Of a DNA stretch of 64,000 bases, positions 62,517-64,000 are shown one piece after another. Positions within the stretch are counted from its first letter, which is position 1. Each line of letters begins with the position of its first letter. A program made the position numbers and the translations under genes. Location of the stretch: contig OY970292.1 of NCBI GenBank assembly GCA_963716145.1, positions 140,104 through 204,103 on the forward strand, given 5' to 3'. The notes beneath the pieces are model-generated. The model saw only the letters and a program-made list of their open reading frames with translations, was not told where the DNA came from and searched no databases. This DNA is from Candidatus Levyibacteriota bacterium (GTDB taxonomy: Bacteria > Patescibacteriota > Microgenomatia > Levybacterales > UBA12049).

Positions 62517-62639
62517 TTTATGCGTTTTATCGATTGGCTTGCAAGAACTATCCCAATGCAAATTCTTAATAGAGGAATTTTGATACTTCATGCCTCAAGT
62601 TAATTTGAAGATTTATATTAATTCCTCTATACTTCTATC

Positions 62640-63314
62640 GTGGTTAAGCTTATTATTTTTGATTGGGATGATGTTTTTACTCTTGGCTCCAAGGAAGGGT
62701 ACTTCAAGTGTTATCATGAAGCGTTGGTGGCAGTTGGGGTTCACTTAGATCCCGAGGAAGAGAAAAAAAGAATATTGGCAAAATGGGGAAGTTCTCATGT
62801 GGAAGAAATCAAAGAACTTCTTAAAGATAGCCCCGAGTTAATAGAAAAGACATGCGGGGTATACGAAAGGCATTTATTTGGAGATACATTTGTGGATTGT
62901 CTGAAAGTATTGCCGGGTACCCAGACTCTTCTGGGGAAATTAAGTAAAAAATATGTCTTAGCACTTGCTACCGGTGCAAGTCCCAAGCTCTTAAAAGAGA
63001 AAGTATTGCCCAAATTTCATTTTCCTGATGTATTTTCTCAGATAATTACTGGTTATGATCTGGATGACATGAACCACAGCAAGCCTCATCAATACATGGT
63101 TATGGAGATAATGAAGGCCCAAAATGTAGAACATTTTGAAACTATTGTGGTGGGGGATGCCAAAAATGATGTTCTTATGGCGCAAAACGCCGGAGTTACG
63201 CCTGTAGTTGTTCTGACAGGGCATCTTAATAGAAAGGAAGCTGAAGAACTGAAGGTAAAATATATTATTGAAGATGTTACTCAGATTGAACAGGTTCTGA
63301 ATCAGCTAAATTAG
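62640..63314 (+). CDS. HAD-family phosphatase
   Basis: IFDWDDV, ATG, SKPH, VGDAKND. Confidence 0.9.
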   Translation: MVKLIIFDWDDVFTLGSKEGYFKCYHEALVAVGVHLDPEEEKKRILAKWGSSHVEEIKELLKDSPELIEKTCGVYERHLFGDTFVDCLKVLPGTQTLLGKLSKKYVLALATGASPKLLKEKVLPKFHFPDVFSQIITGYDLDDMNHSKPHQYMVMEIMKAQNVEHFETIVVGDAKNDVLMAQNAGVTPVVVLTGHLNRKEAEELKVKYIIEDVTQIEQVLNQLN

Positions 63315-64000
63315 CTTGCCAGTTTTTCTTTGAAATAATCCACCCAGGGATTTGTTGCCGGGTTTTGGTTGTAGTGAAGTCCGAGATAGAGTGTCACGAA
63401 GCATCCGTATTGAAGCGTTTCCAGAAAATCCTCATATACTGTCGAGCCTTCTGTCGTAAATTCATTTACTGACTGTTTGTTTTGTTTGACCACATCAACT
63501 GTTAACTCAACTCTTTTTTTAATTTTATCCGAATAATTGAGAGAGTTAAGAGTGATAAATTGCAGCGGGGCATTCTCAGGGAACTGAAGTCCTTCCATCA
63601 GGTGGTGATTTAAGTCAGGGATGAGAAAGAAAGATGAAAAAGTCTTACTTGTTTCGTTGAACTGATTTCTGAGAATTTGCGCGTTTCCGGCCAAATGCTC
63701 TGCGCTAAATATAATGGGTATTTTGTTGATGAATAATTTGTAGTCAGCTTGGGCCCTAAGCTTAATTTCCTCAATCCTTTCTGAGAATCTTATCAGCGCG
63801 TCAGTTATCTCTCCGTCTTCAATATCAATAGCGCCAACTTTATTCAGCAATCCTATAAGTCCGAGAATCGAGTATCCCGCTCCAAGCCGGGGAACATCGC
63901 CGGCATTCAGTCTACCATCAAAAATATAGGAAGGTATATCATTGGATTTTGCGAATTCAGCTAGTGGACCGCCTTTGGTGAGAACCACCATTTTTGCGCC
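63311..64000 (-). CDS. Bifunctional phosphoglucose/phosphomannose isomerase (SIS domain), 5' end outside the window
   Basis: TKGGPL, PR, QFNETSK, PDLNHHLMEG, VDYFKEKL. Confidence 0.85.
   Translation of the reverse strand, partial: GAKMVVLTKGGPLAEFAKSNDIPSYIFDGRLNAGDVPRLGAGYSILGLIGLLNKVGAIDIEDGEITDALIRFSERIEEIKLRAQADYKLFINKIPIIFSAEHLAGNAQILRNQFNETSKTFSSFFLIPDLNHHLMEGLQFPENAPLQFITLNSLNYSDKIKKRVELTVDVVKQNKQSVNEFTTEGSTVYEDFLETLQYGCFVTLYLGLHYNQNPATNPWVDYFKEKLAS

Overview
Chromosomal core-genome segment of a low-GC bacterium using genetic code 11. Gene content and style (orphan ParB after rpmA, short ATP synthase delta, MurT/GatD, multi-pilin type IV pilus locus, almost no Shine-Dalgarno sites) suggest Patescibacteria/CPR, probably Microgenomates; this is an inference. 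Gene blocks in order: a SAM-cycle operon (metK, adenosine kinase, ahcY) behind a very compact SAM-I-family riboswitch; a SerB-SerA fusion with an FAD 2-hydroxyacid dehydrogenase; ileS, rodA, rplU, rpmA, parB, lepB; a surface-glycan cluster; the F1Fo operon; dnaE, gatCAB, murT/gatD, htpX, lemA, polX; three tRNAs; pyrG, rplS, yraN, pyk, uvrB, lexA, rsmI; a degenerate PEP-synthase-domain/phosphoglycerate mutase fusion; and an Hpt plus receiver-led type IV pilus locus with three paralogous major pilins. I found no CRISPR, integrase, transposase or reverse transcriptase. The least explained signal is non-coding. First, about 15 tracts have 7-bp periodicity with different unit sequences but a shared architecture, often as inverted arms; they include a 108-bp element in two full copies and one half copy, and several tracts translated inside essential proteins. 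Second, a covarying TTCG..CTCA hairpin family sits at or just upstream of start codons. Five single-base frameshifts are most likely sequencing errors. All calls are by eye; no searches were run.
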